Assembly: GCA_043228905.1 (NCBI GenBank)
Contig: JBHGNT010000009.1
Coordinates: 20,460,001-20,524,000 of the forward strand
DNA length: 64,000 nucleotides
Direction: 5' to 3'
Source: Azolla caroliniana
Taxonomy: Eukaryota > Plantae > Polypodiophyta
Positions 25,385 through 39,595 of the stretch are shown in pieces. How positions within the stretch are numbered: the first letter of the stretch is position 1; each line of letters starts with the position of its first letter. Made by a program: the position numbers and the translations under genes. Below the pieces are notes generated by a model that was not told the DNA's origin, ran no database searches, and saw only the letters and a program-made list of their open reading frames with translations.

Positions 25385-28300
25385 CGATGACGTTTCAAGA
25401 ATAGAGTTCAAACATGTTTCTAATGTAACTTTGTCCTCAAAACTCCGTTTTTTATGATTTTTGGCTCTTTGTGAAGCTCGTTCAGAGGGCTTTCCAAGGA
25501 TTATTTGGACGTTACGTTTCGTTATTGTTACAAGAAGCTACAAGAAAAAGTGTCATCGTCTCATGTTAGTTCCCTCAATCTCTATTAGGATGGCTGACAC
25601 AACAATAGGAAGTGAGTTGATGATTGTTGATGGATGTGGTAGTGATGATGGTTATGAAAATTACAAGAGGCAAAAGTGAATTGATCTACAAAACATGAGA
25701 AAACATCATATGCTATTATTCTTGGTGGGAAAGATGTTATTGGATATGATTATGATATTGACAATCGTTGTGATTTTGTTAAGGCTTTGCTTTCCGATTT
25801 TATGGAAAAAAATGAGAAAGATGTTAAAGATTGTGTGGAGGAGGATGTTGTCGAGGTGGTGATGGAAACCAACTCTATGTTAGCAACTTTTGACAGGTTC
25901 TATGATCGTGGTGTTATTTTATATTTCACTAGTAAACTTCCTTTAGTATCATGGATTAAGCAGTGGTTGAATTCATTCATAATGCCTAATTGTGTTGAGG
26001 ATGTGTATGTGGGTCCAAGAGGTTTCTATGATGTAGTTTTTCGATCGTCAGTACACTGTACGACTTTGATGGCAAAGGTACCAATCTTTTTTATAGAAGA
26101 TTGGTGCATGTGATGGAATGGGTTCCAGTGGTGGATTATAAAGATTTATTAAAACAACAATGTCCAATTTGGGTGACTGTTGATTGTAGTAACTCATTCT
26201 TTTGGGATTTACTACCAAGATTGATGTCCCAAATTGGTAAAGTTTTGGTTGCTCCTCATGTTAATTCGTTGAACAAATGTAGATTTTGCATGTTATGGGA
26301 TACAAGTTGTAACCTTCCAGGATGGTTGAGTATCGATACATCTCGATTTGGTCGATTTTGTTTTAAGCTTCAATGGGAAACTTTTGCAGGACATTGTTTT
26401 AAATGTGGTAAATTGGGGCATTTTATGGCTGAATGCCAATGTCAAGGCGAACTATCCCCAGAAAATAATGTCAAAGGGAAAAATAAGGAAGATGTTGAGA
26501 AGGATATTGTCTCAATGGTTGATATGGTCATGGATGAGGGAACATCTCATGGGTTAGAGCGAGATCCTAAAGTTCATGGTCATGTTAGAGGTTTTGGGGA
26601 GGAGAATGGAGTATGTAATAATGATGGCCCAAATGTTGAAGATGGAGAGTGGCATGAAGTGAAGCATAAGATAAAAGGGAAGGGTGTTGCCATACAAAGG
26701 GAATCAAAAAATACTTATGGTACGACATTACCAAAAGATAATTTGAGATTGAAGGAGGGGTTTAAGAAAAATCCTTTGCAGAAACAAGTGCAACATCAGA
26801 GATTGTCCAACCAATTACAATTCGATTCTTTAGGAAGGGTGGTACGACCTCAATTAAATCAAGGACTTCGTTCTCGTGGAGCTAGACAACAAAACCCTAA
26901 TATTGGTGGAGGGGATGTAGTACACACAAATCCTTATGCAGCTCTTGAACAAGTAGTTAGTACATTCATGAATACACTTGCTCATAAAGAGCAAGTTCTT
27001 ACCAAAGGTGTTAAATGAAAGTGGTATCATGAAATGTGAGATGTGCGTCTTCCCCTCATAAGAAATATATATTATGAAAAACTTTATTTGATAAAGATTG
27101 GGATGTTTTATGTGCAATTGAACATAAGTGTCATGATTTAGCAGGATTTGTGTTACATTTGCGTGGATATTCCGCATATTATGCAAGACAATTATCACAT
27201 CATTACTCAGGGGTTGTCATGATTATTCGTGATTTATTTTGTCCACATATAGTCTATAATGATCCATATGGGCGTTTTTTGGTGATGGAAGTAAAGTATT
27301 TTGAGGATTTGATATGGTTGGTAGGAATCTATGCACCCAATAATGCTAATCAATGCATTGAGTTATGGTCTTCAATGTATCCACGGTTATTAGTGGGATG
27401 TGTTGGTTTGTTAATGGGTGATTTTAATATGTGTGTTGATGCTTCACAATCTACTTCACGATTCTCATTGATGGATTCTCCTGAGCAAGAATTTTGGGAC
27501 AAATTGGCATCAAAGGTTTTGAAGTTGGATGTATGGAAATGGTTGCATCAAGATGAGGTTGGGTTTACATTTCAGTCTGTGCAATACAAGGTTGGGTTTA
27601 CATTTCAGTCTATGCTAAAAGACGTAATAAATTGATTGATAAGTTTTCACATATTCTTACGTGGTGCAATGTAGTATTGATGAATAATCCACATGATGAA
27701 GAGCTTTTGGATGTTCAAGTTCAAGTACAGGACATTGTGAAGAATTTGTTTTGTCAAAGTTATCAACAAACAAGACTACATCAATTAAAGGAGGGATTTA
27801 TAGATAATCAATCACAATCTCATATGTTTTTTCAAGGATTAAGACCATCATTTGCTCATTCAAATGTGGTACAAATTAAGGTAGGCGATGACATTGTTGT
27901 AGACCCAATCAAGGTTATTGAGTTATGTATTACTCATTTTAGCACGACAAGAGTTTTATAATTTAATTGGGAGTGCCATGAATACAAATATTTGTCAAGA
28001 ATTGGATGTTGATTTTGAAGAAGTTGAGGTGGAAAAGGTAAAAGCCCTGGTTGGGATGGTGTTACACCTTCCAAATGGTAAAAGCCCTGGTTGGGATGGT
28101 GTTACAAATGAAGTTTTTAAGAAGTATGCTAGCATGCTTAAGAGTCCATTCACACAAATGTTTCAACAATGTTAGGATTCTGGTTTCATGCCTGAGAGCT
28201 GGAAGGTGGGCTTAATCAAATTGATACCAAAGGTACCATCTCCGGAGTCATTTCATCAATGGAGGCTTATTTCATTGATGGGAGGGTTGTACAAAGTGTT

Positions 28301-30556
28301 TGCAAAGATATTATCCAACAGACTTAAGAAGTTCTTACCTCAACTTATTCATCCATCTCAATATGGTTTTATTACATAATGTTTTGAATGTTCAAATGGC
28401 GACCGATTATGCTCGACATACACATCAAGAAATGGTTATGGTGCAATTAGATTTGGAAAAAGCATATGATCATGTTAATTGGTCTTTCCTCTTAGGTGTG
28501 ATGTATAATATGGGGTTTGGTCCTCGTATGTGTCGACTTATCTATTTGCTAAGGCAAAATGAAACCTCTTGTGTGATGCTTAATGGCGGAGTCACTCCGA
28601 AAGTGTTTCATCTGTGCGGCAAGGATGTCCACTAAGCCCATTGTTATTTGTTATTGTTACACATCATTTGTTAGTAATGTTGTCAAATCTTGCGGCCAGT
28701 GGTGATATTGTGGGTTTGCATCTTCCTTCTGGTGGACAATTGGTGGCACAAGCATTGGCAGATGGTTCTCTTATGCTTTTACAAGCCTCAAAAGAAAATC
28801 TTAAAAGGAGTATGCAAGTTTGGGATCAATTTGATTTGGCTTCAGGGTTGTATATAAATTGGAGGAAGTCTCGCCTTATTTCTTGTACGGAGAGTGATTT
28901 GGAATGTTTGGGATGGCGAGGGTCAGTGATTACACGAGGTTCAATTTATCGACATTTGGGTTATCCATTGGGCATTGATGTTACAAATGTTCAATTGATT
29001 GATTGGATTGGTAGTAAATTGAGGGACAAATTTATGTATTGGAAGTCTCAATTATGGCCCGTTCATGTACGACTCAAAGTGGTGCAATGTATCTTGATAC
29101 CCATGTTATTATATTTTTTGCCTTTACTTCCTTGGACGAAGAAGGCATTACAAAGCATGTTACAACCTATTCGGTTCATGTTGTGGCAGAAGGGAGAAAT
29201 GAAGGGAGTTACATGGATTTCATGGGACCATTTGGCTACTCCTAAAAGATTAGGTGGTGCAGCAATATTGGATTTGGAAAGGCATTTGATGGCTCATAGA
29301 TTTACATTATTACAAGATATATGTCAACAAAATCAACCATGGATATCTATGATGCAATCTTTTATTGAGCATGAAGGATTGGTGCATGGGAAAACAAAGA
29401 TTCAAGGATCATGGTGGTCACTATTGAATGGAAGTATTCCTCTAAAGATTCGACATTCTATATGTGGACAACATTTGGTAAGATCGTGGCAAGATGCATT
29501 ATCTCTTTTTGAATGCGGACCATCAAGTGATCGAGAATATTGTAATTCATTACAAAACGAATTGCTTGTTTCTTCTCAAGTGTTGTTTTGGCATGGGAAA
29601 GAGAAGTTGAGATCTCAATTCAATCGTTTATTTCGATTGGGCATTGTACATTTGGAAGATGTGGTTGATAATGAATCTCAAAGGTTGTCGGATTTTGAAG
29701 ATGCGAAGAGATGGTTATGTATTCCCCCAAATTATGGATTTATTTGGGAGAAATTACATGATATACCATTATTGCAAGGATCTTTGCCATTGAAAACCAA
29801 TTTTGCACCTTGGGTAGATTGGCGGTTACAAGATGGTACACGCTTGTTACAGGTCACTACAAATATATTGTATCATCATGCGATGTTATCATTATCTTGG
29901 CTATCTCCTAAAGCAACGAAGTTGTGGAATGTATATAAGTGAGATGCAAGGTGGTGGAAAATATTACGTGGTTGGCATTCCCATCTACCATTTCATGCAA
30001 AGGTATTCATATGGAGAGCATGATTGGTGGGCTCCCATTAGGTTCAGCCTTAAAGAGACGACTAGGGTCTGGCACTTGTTTCTTTTGCATCGTTCCATTA
30101 GAGGATAGTACACATAGGTTCATTAAATGTCCTATAGCGTGTACCATTTGGAAGTACTTATCGGACATTTGACAAGTTTTAACCCGTTGTTGTTTGAGAC
30201 CTCAACAATGGGTTTTTTCTCATTATGTTCAAAATGGATCAAATGATGAGATGGAGATATTGTTCCAATTTTTATGTTATTGGGGTCTACAACACAATTG
30301 GAATATGTGTAATGCTTTCATGTTTGATAATAAACATGGGGTGAAATCCTATATAAAGAAGCTTAAAGGTATTCTCATGTGGAAATTTTGGATGTTAGAG
30401 CATGTGGGGATCATTTCCTCAAATGCATATTCAAGTTTTTTAGTAGCATTACAAAACATCCCTCTCCCTACATAGGCATATGATAGGTAGAGGAGACTAA
30501 GAAGTGTTGTAACTAAATGGATTTTACATACAATTAATATAATTGTCTGCTTTTAC

Positions 30557-30560
<4 letters not shown>
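25381..30560 (+). mobile_element. Near full-length decayed L1-type LINE (ORF1 + ORF2) between (GA)n tracts
   Basis: ORF1 pieces 25590-27018 with CFKCGKLGHFMAEC knuckle; ORF2 pieces 27150-30475 with EN (IYAPN, MGDFN), RT (KSPGWDG, LDLEKAYD, RQGCPLSP) and CFFC..EDSTHRFIKC; (GA)n 25332-25380 and 30561-30595; no poly(A) tail. Confidence 0.92.
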
Positions 30561-30595
<35 letters not shown>

Positions 30596-30850
30596 TTTTG
30601 ACGACGAGTGGGTGCTTCTACAATTCACATAGGTTGACCAAAATTATAGATGGAAATCATTTTCCTGCCTTAGAGGTATTAGGGATCACATCATAATTTG
30701 GATATGCGCAATGCTTTCACATTTGATAGTAGGCATGTAGTGAAAGCATACCTATGCAACCCTTTCCATGGCCATGATCTCAACAAGAAGTGATCCCATC
30801 TAAAGGAGGGCGTATCACTTTTGCTTATTAACTTGTAGAAATTTTATGAA
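30596..30850 (+). mobile_element. Fourth L1 3' fragment ending in (GA)n
   Basis: Homologous to 30190-30350 (..ATGCGCAATGCTTTCACATTTGATAGTAGGCATG..); (GA)n at 30851-30860. Confidence 0.65.
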
Positions 30851-32027
30851 AGAGAGAGAGCAATAAGTAGCATTTATTTTATATTCTCAACATCAAGTAA
30901 CATGATGGTCAAAATTAACATTAAAGCTTACCATCCATGAGAGAAGCTTCACCGTGCTCATAATCTTTATTACCAACAATGAAGTGTCCACACAAACCCA
31001 AAAGGAATTAAGGAATTGTGACAACTGGAGTGAGAAAAAAAAAAGAATACAATCTCCATCTCTGATTTTGGGTCAACTTGTGTGATATAGTTTCACTGTG
31101 ACAACAAGAGCAAGAGCCAAAAAGAATACACTTCCAATTTTCATGACCAGCACTACCTCCTACATTCAAACTCTTCCCCACAAGCAAGCAATCAAGCAAC
31201 TTCCATTTTGCTATCGATAGTTATTCATCGACTTCCACCCTCCAGTTAGTTTTCCAATAAGATTCAAGTTACAATTGGAAACACCATTTCATCATGAAGT
31301 GAAAGCAACTTGTTGCGTCCATAAGTGGTTGGTGCATACTTGAATGCAAACTCAGTTAGATACCAGTAAAATAAAATAACTCTCTAGAAGTTTCCCAATG
31401 TATTTATTGTTAACAAGCTCTACAATATACTTTTCCTCAACCCAACCAAAAACTCCTGCTGTGCACTTTTCCAAATTATGCCCATCAGATAACATGCTTT
31501 TCATGAAGGCCTACCATTTTTCAAAATAATTCTAAATGTAAATTACATGTTTTCCATCATCTAGAACGGTCTGGTACGATTTCTTGGTGCATTTTAAGCT
31601 TTACATACCCAACAGTAATGATCATGAACTAACACTGCAACTTGGTTATCAGCTCAATCAAGTGCATGGTTAGAAGAAATGGATCAAACTTGGTAGCATA
31701 AAATACTTCAATATACTATGTTTTTATCTATTTATATATATATATTATATGTATCCTTGACAGCTTCTAGTATCTGCACACAAAGACAAGCAAATAAAAA
31801 ACATTTTGTATATCTGGATATAACTATGTTCAGCATCATCAGACATTCTCTGTACCTCACAAAAATAAGCAACCATTGTCCCTCACTTTGATAGGGGGAA
31901 TCGTTGCTGTGTTATATCTCAATTCATTTATCCCGATTGTGGTCTGCTGATTGTGTCAAAATTGATGACATGTAAATGTGAGAAGCCGCTCTTTTTGGCT
32001 CATCTCAAAGAAATAAAAAGAGCTGCT

Positions 32028-35000
32028 TCAAAGTTCATCGTGTCCCTCCTCAACTTCTTTCACTTCCTTGATCACCTCTTCAGTGTTGTGGGCATCTTTG
32101 CTAACATTTTCGTCTGCAGATGCATTCTCAACATCAGAGGCCTCCTCCTCTGTGCTTGCAGAAGATGATTCATTTATCTTACTAGTGGGTTTCTTTTCAA
32201 CCTCAGGTTTCGGCTTGGGGGTTTTGCTCAATTTTGCAAACTGCAATTGACATAAATTCATGATACAAAGACAAATGGTCAAGACTAGCACATAAGATAC
32301 TCAAGAAAGAGGAAGGTGTCAACAACATTACCTTCTCTTCCAGCTTTGAAACCTTAATGTACACATCTTCAGATGAGAAGGCTGGAACTTCCTGAGCTGG
32401 CTTCCTACAAGAACGTAACCATGTCATTAGAAAAGAATAAACTGATAATGCTGAAATCAAATAAATTGACATTAACCAATAACTAACTGAGCTTAACGAG
32501 TGCAGCTAAACAAGTGACAATCAAGACAAATAAAAGCATGGGCTTTCGCATGAGACCCTTGGCCTCTTTACCATCAAAACTTTGCATGGCTAAGGATTAT
32601 GTATCAGGAGAATTCCTCTTCAGGGGCAGACCAAGAGAACACACTGAAGAATGTGGGGTTTTCCATAACTAGGGATGTGAGAGATTCCTATACACAGCTG
32701 AATGATAAACCCCTTACTATTAGATGGTATGTGAAAACATCCACCCTGTCAAGGTGATTAATATTATTACTGCTTACATATCCACATTATCTCAGTAAAA
32801 GAACTAATGAAACAAACACTTAATGAACAGGAATTTCAATACAGATTTTCTTGTAAGACTGCAGAATTTCTTCATGCACTTACTGCTGTTGCTCTTTCTG
32901 CTTTTCTACAATCCACTTCTCAAAGCCATCAACCAAATCCAGGAACTGTAAATATAATCAGTAATTCAGTTAGATGAACAAGCATAGACAATGGTCATTT
33001 AGACAATAAGTATTGATTTTTACCTCAGTTTTGCTGGCTTCACTGATCCAAGGTTTGGATGCTGCCCAACCGACAACAGTCTGAATCCAGGAAAAGCAGA
33101 GATTAGATAAATAGGAAACATTACTTTCAAGCTGAGTGTAGTTTGCAATGCATAATGTTGGCATTACACCTTACAAAAAAGACATCATGCAGATAATACT
33201 GGCCTCATACCTCCTTGATGCTTTCTACATATTTCAAGGATTGTTCCACAGCAGCAGGTCTTGCTTCCAGTTCCGTTAACCTGAAAATCACAAAGCAAAT
33301 CAGACAAACTTAAATAAACATATGCCAGCCCAACACAGTAACACATCTTATAAACTAGTTTACCTGAAAATCATTGAATCACCAGTAGACTTAAGGACAT
33401 CTAATTTTTTCTTATATTCAGAAGCTGTAGTCTCTTCAGTGTAAAGCCAGTCTTCTGCCTGCCATACCAGAGGAATTTGATGGAATAAACCTTAATCATT
33501 CTCATTGCTGGATCCTTCCAAAGCATTGGGGACACTTAAAAGTTCTACTTACCACAGTAAGCTCTTCTCGAAATTTATCCCTCTGTTTCTCTGTTGTGAC
33601 CTTATCTAAACCATCTAAAGAGTCCAACTGTTGCAACAATAATAACCCAAGGACTTTAGTTGATTTCCATTCCCTCGAAAGTTCATATGTGCTAACTAAA
33701 ATTGAATGCATGATTGTGACCTTTTATTTTGTCACATACATATTCTATGCAAGACAACATTGCTTACTTTTTCTTTCATCATATAAATATATGCTTCGAG
33801 ACTGTTTTTAGCTTCAGCAATTTTCCTCTTCTCTTCCTCTTGACGATTGATTTTGTCTAGACGAATGACTGCATCTAAACGGGCATCCTTAGACATTGGC
33901 CTGACTAACCCCACAGTCACATCCCCTACCTGCATTTGTTAAGATTTTTAATATTTTCACACATTGAGTTTGCAGGATTAAATCACAGCTCATTTATTTA
34001 GATTAAAAGAAATACCTTCAGAGGAACTCTTATTGTTCTCTTTCTCAACTTCTTTTCGGTGATGGTCACATTCTCAACCCCAATGGTAGCATCGATCAAC
34101 TCTGTGATATTAGAAGCTTCAGTTGAGGTACCATCTAATGTTTGATTACTGTTGCCATCACTCTCTGGACGTGAATCTGATTTTCCTGGCTTGGTTAATG
34201 TAGTATTCTTCACAGGTACTTCAATCCATTCAGAAAATTCTACAATGGTTTCAGCCTTGTCAATAGATATCAATCCACTTCTACTCAAGGAGAAGTGGAG
34301 ATTTGTCTTTATGGGGGAGGAAAGATTTCTCGTTTCATGCCTATACAATTAGAATGAATTAGCACCCAATATTCCTTGATATAATATGTAATGGTGGCAA
34401 ACATATAAACAGAATAACATACTTTGAATAAGCCTCTGAAACTCCGGAAACTTCATAGGTTACAATCTCATTGGAACTGATACCAGGAGGCAGGATTTCA
34501 CCTTGTGCATAGAACAATGAAAATTTGAAATCATTGATGTTTCTTGTAGACTTCAATACCTGAACGTAGAATAATTGAACATAATAAAACATATTATTAT
34601 AGTGAACACAGAATCTGCACACTTCATCTAAAAGAAATGACTAATAATATGTGTGAAAGCTGACCTTACTAGGCATCTTTTTCAACCTTGGGACGAGCAC
34701 ATCATATTTGTCATCCCCTAGATCTCCAACATCTGAACCTATAGTATTTTCCACTTTCGTCAGAATGTTGTAAGTTACTCCATCAATCATTCCAAGCTTC
34801 CGATTCATCTTAATGCCATCACTTAAATTAGCAGCATGTAGAGCTGCTCCCAAGGCAATTGCTTCATCTGCGTCAAGATGCCTATCAAGGCTTCTTTTAC
34901 CAAAGAAGTCTGATAAAACACTCTAAAAGATAAAGAAAACACCATTTATCATTTACTTTGTTTACAAACAAAGAGATCAAAACTTCAACCTTACTGAATC

Positions 35001-37341
35001 AATGACTGTTTTACCAAAGCATTTTGACAAAACACTAGAAGATCTTGAAAAGACCATTTATTAGCTACTTTGATTACAAACAAATAGACCAAGACATCAG
35101 TCTTATAAAATCCTACGCACCCAAAATGCATTTTTGTATATATAAACCAAATAAGCATGATTCCTCTGAAACAAACTACAATCAATAATTTACATGTATT
35201 CTAATTTAGCATATTTGTTGGACAATATACAGATACTAGTTCCAACCCTATGGAATATTTTCAGAGTTGCCAACATAAACCATAGTATTCACCTGTAACT
35301 TAGGTACACGTGTCGCTCCACCAATAAGCTCCACAGCATGCAGCTGTTCAATGGATAATCCACTGGAGCTCAAAACTTGCTTTATGGGTACTAATGCCTG
35401 TTCCCACAAATCTCCACAAAGTTCTTCAAATTCCTTGCGAGTGATGATGCTCCTGTGTTACATAAGATGTGCATTAATGTTTTATATAGAATACATGTAC
35501 CAGCAAAATAGATTGACAGATAAAACAACACATCTAGGTTTTCATTTATTTTCCCAAATAAAGAAAACTCAAGGGTCTTGGAGGGAATAAAGAAAAGTTC
35601 GGCATATTTTGGTGTTTCTTCATAGATTAGTTCCTCTACCACTGAAATCTAATGCAGCAGAATCATGAGGACATCTATATTCACAGTTATTAGTGCCAAC
35701 CTGAAGTCACGATCATCGTGTAACCCCTCCACAGACAACAAAGCCTCAGAATTTGCACTTAAGATCTCTTTTGTTCTTTTCACTTGCTTTTTCAATTTTG
35801 CTAATGCTTTCGGGAACTTTCTTATATCTACACCACCTCCAATTTCTCTATTAAATAAATCAGCAAAATGCTCCATAAGTCTTAATTCCATTTTATATCC
35901 CCCAACTGAAGTATCCCAGCTTACATCCTTAACCTGCAAACAAATTAGAAGGTCATGAAAAAAATAAGAATAAGACCCATCTTTTTAATTCTTCAAAGTG
36001 TCAAATGCTTGAAACGTTTGCGTCTCAGAAACCTCCTAATCAAGATATAAAATTGTATAATCTAGGAAAACAGATTACACTTTCACACTTTTCTATCCAC
36101 TCCTTTTTTCTTGAATGCTTTTCTGTCTATGCCATTGGTTTCATTCAGTAAAGTTACATTGATTTTTCATTTCTCTTATCTCATGGGTTAGTTCCATATC
36201 ATGATGAACAGAAAAAGGATAGATACTCATCCCTAGATAAGTATAATGAGGAAAAGAAAGCTAACCTTGATTTTTTCTTCATAGCTAGGCAAATCATTTT
36301 CACTCAGTAAACTTAGATTAATTTTGCTCCTCTGGGTTTGTTTAATTTAGCATGAAAAAAAGATAGATATTCATCACTAAATACGTATAATGAGGGAATG
36401 CAGCACTAACCTTGACTGCCTCACATAGCAAGGCCTTAATTTAAATTCAGTGATTCATTTTGCACTTCTCTTATCTCATGGCTTGGTCCATTATCATGTT
36501 ACACAGAAGAAGAAGAAATCCCCATATTTAAACGAGTAAAAAGAGGAAATGCAATGCCAACCTGAAACTGATTGACTGTTTTGTTCTTCCCAAACTCCTT
36601 AGTGGTGTATGCAGAATAATACACCAAGGCAGCATAAGCACCACTTGCACCCATATCATAGAACAGCACATGCTTTGGCTCATCTGCAAAATCTTTAGAG
36701 ATCCCATATTGCAATGCCACACCTGAATGTTGATTGATTAGTGTGAGAACATTGAGACCTCCAAGTTCAGCAGCAAGGATAATGCATTCTCTTTCCGTCT
36801 GTCCCAGGTAAGGTGGCACGGCAATCACAGCATCTTTGATAATAGTTTTTGCATGAGATTCAGCCAATGATTTTGCATAGCTTAGAAGTAAAGCCAGAAG
36901 CTCCTCAGAAGAAAATATGGATTCTCCATCATCAATGCGGAAGCTAGCCGAACCTCTTTTATCTTCAATTATATCGAAAGGGAGGTAAGAAGAATCTAAA
37001 AGATTCTTTGCACCTGAGAAAGGTTTACCCACTATGTGATGAAGCTGTGAATATACCTTCTCGGGATATCTTGCAACAATTCCTGCTGCTGCTTCACCAA
37101 CAAGCATATCACCATTTGAAAATGCTACAAGAGATGGAGACTTCCTCTTGGACATCTCATTGATTGCTATGGATATTGGACTCTGACCAGGTTTTATGTT
37201 CACAACCGCAACTTTCATCCATTCTGACCCAAGATCGATGCTAAGAACAGCAGATCTCACTGGAGATGAAAAGAATGTGCAAAAAATCACATGCAGGAGT
37301 AATATCTTGTGGAGCTTGCTAGCCACCTGGCCGAACCACAT
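32028..37341 (-). CDS. HSP70-17: ER-luminal large HSP70 (HSP70-17 / HYOU1 / GRP170), 899 aa, 14 coding exons
   Basis: Exons 37341-36562, 35933-35701, 35452-35293, 34922-34665, 34559-34423, 34340-34016, 33929-33768, 33627-33553, 33458-33364, 33280-33211, 33080-33024, 32945-32884, 32404-32332, 32240-32028, all GT-AG, total 2700 nt. Signal peptide, SIDLGSEWMKVAVV, FYDMGA, ELIGGATRVPKLQ, AEAKNSLEAYIY, C-terminal HDEL. Confidence 0.96.
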
Positions 37342-38320
37342 CTTTCCACAGAGCAGAATGCAGGAGTTTTTTTCTAGTTGAAGAAGAAAAATAAATAAAC
37401 GACAAGAAAGAAAGGATCAGACTTGGAGATCGTGAAGTTAATGTTTAATTTAATGGAACCCTAAGGAGATTATGTTTAGAATTCTTCAATGAGTAAGCGG
37501 TTCTGTTATCTTTTTTTAGCTTCAACTTAAGAACGCAGGTATTTTCATGTTAAGATAAGACAGGAAAATAAAATATCACATTCTGAATCAGAGATTCACA
37601 AAGTTGAGACACTAGAAACCTCAGAACTTGAGAATGTAGGTGTTTCTAGTAGTTGAAAACGACCGAAAAAACAAAGCATAGGATTTTGAAGAACGTAAAC
37701 CTGAGGTTCTGTTTCTTGAGCTTCTAGAAAAATCAGAAGTTAGAGTGAATGCAGGTTTTCCCAGTTGAGGCAAGAGATAGAGAATAAAGGATGAGATTCT
37801 GAATGACAAAGTAGAGGCAAGAGATGGAAACACTGGAAAAAGTAGATCACTCCAAAATGTAGATTTTTTCTTGTTGAAGAATACGATCCGAGTATGAATC
37901 ACAGAGCTGACATACTGGAAACCTTAGAAGAAAACAGAACTCCCAAATATATAGACCGGATAACAAGAAAAACAGAAGGATCGGACTTGTTCTTGCTTTA
38001 GGAAATAATATACCTGAGGTTTTGCTGCAGCGATGGCGATGGCGATGGCGATGGTGATGGTGATGATGAAGAAGCCCTTAGAAGAAAATTACCAGACGAA
38101 CTCGGCTGAGCCTCCTGCAGGAAACCCTAGAAATTTGCAGAAAGATCAGCAGAAAGAGGTGGATCTCCTGCCTGCAGGAAAACCAGGATTTTCTTCCCGC
38201 AGGAAACCCTAGAAATTTGCAGACACGAGCGGATCAAAAACACGAAACGAATACATAGAAAATTTGGGACTGTGTTGTAAAAAAAAACACAAGAAGGAAG
38301 GAAAAAGAAAACAAGGAAAG

Positions 38321-38540
38321 CCTCGTCATTCAGCCAGTCACAGATCGCCACGTGTCGCCCGCTTCCACGCGTCGCCCTCCTATTGGTTGATGGCGGGAGG
38401 CTCTGTTTCTATAACGCCTTTCTTGTGTCGTGGCCTTGGCCAGCCAGAGGGAGCCACGTGGCATTCGGCTCCACGTGTCACCATCCCGTTGGGTGGTTTG
38501 CTAGAGAGAGAGAGAGAGGGACTCTCTCTAAACACGTGTG
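38321..38540 (-). promoter_or_regulatory. HSP70-17 proximal promoter with ERSE-like and G-box elements
   Basis: CCAGT-N9-CCACG (38334-38352), CCAGC-N9-CCACG (38440-38458), minus-strand CCAAT at 38382-38386, CACGTG boxes at ~38349, 38455, 38472 and 38534; AAACCCTA motifs at 38122 and 38204. Confidence 0.6.
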
Positions 38541-38799
38541 TGTTCACACACACACACACACCGGGAGCTTCTCTTGGCCGACCCTCGGTGAAGCGAAGTA
38601 GCGAAGTCTAGGCTTTTGCTTCATCATGAAACTAGGTATGTGGTGGCCTCTTGATCCTTATGTCCTCGACGACATGTCCAGGCTTTGCTTCATCACATCC
38701 CCGATTAAATCCCCGATGAAATGGCTACCGTGATGCTATGTGTCCATTTACACAAGGGGAGACATGTGAATAGGCAAAAGCATGTGGGCATGCAGAAAG

Positions 38800-39490
38800 T
38801 GATCCGATTTTATCTTGTAAAATAAAATCTCTAGATTCAGTCTCTATCGCCATGTGAAAACCCATAATGTTGTGGCCTGATATCATTAGTTGAATGCACC
38901 ATGATAGGTTCACGCAAGAGGAAAACCATGGTAGTCCAAGTTAGTACACACACACACGTATAATATGTGTGGTCTAGTAGAACATGCAAGCAAGACACAC
39001 TGCATGAATCAAGTGATTTGAATTGATCTCGTGAAAATGGGCTAAGTTTGAACTTTGTTGCTCAATGGAGAAACTACGATGTTGTAGCACAAAATCATTG
39101 GTCAATTACACAATGATGTAAATTGATTATGGCGATCTATTTTTGAATACATCCATATAGGGAGTGTGGACGGGATGGAGTTTGGTAGGGAAACCAACAC
39201 CAAGAAATTTATTTGAATCGATCTTGTAAAAATGCAGCTAGGTGCAACCGACGTGGTTAGATGAAGAACGAGCAATTTGGCACAAAAGTATTGGTCACAA
39301 GAGGTTCAAACGGGAGAAGAGTGGTTTAGGTTTATATGCATACATTTAAGGATCGTGGGTTGGCATGTGGGCGACGAATTCATGTATGAATAAAGTAATA
39401 TGAATTGAAAATGTAAAATCATGCTAGCTTCAAATTACATTGCTAGATGAAAAATTTACGGTGATGTTGGCACAAGACCATTGGTTGCAA
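38800..39490. repeat. Degenerate tandem repeat, about 200-bp unit, about 4 copies
   Basis: Recurring TGAATTGATCT.GT.AAAA...GCACAAAA.CATTGGT blocks near 38805, 39015, 39213 and 39400. Confidence 0.5.
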
Positions 39491-39595
39491 AAAGATATAT
39501 GTTCTTAGAGAGAGAGAGAGAGAGAGGATTAAATTGATCTAGTTTAACCAATAAAAAAACTAGGAAAGTTTGGCATTGGCACGAGAAGCGAAATG

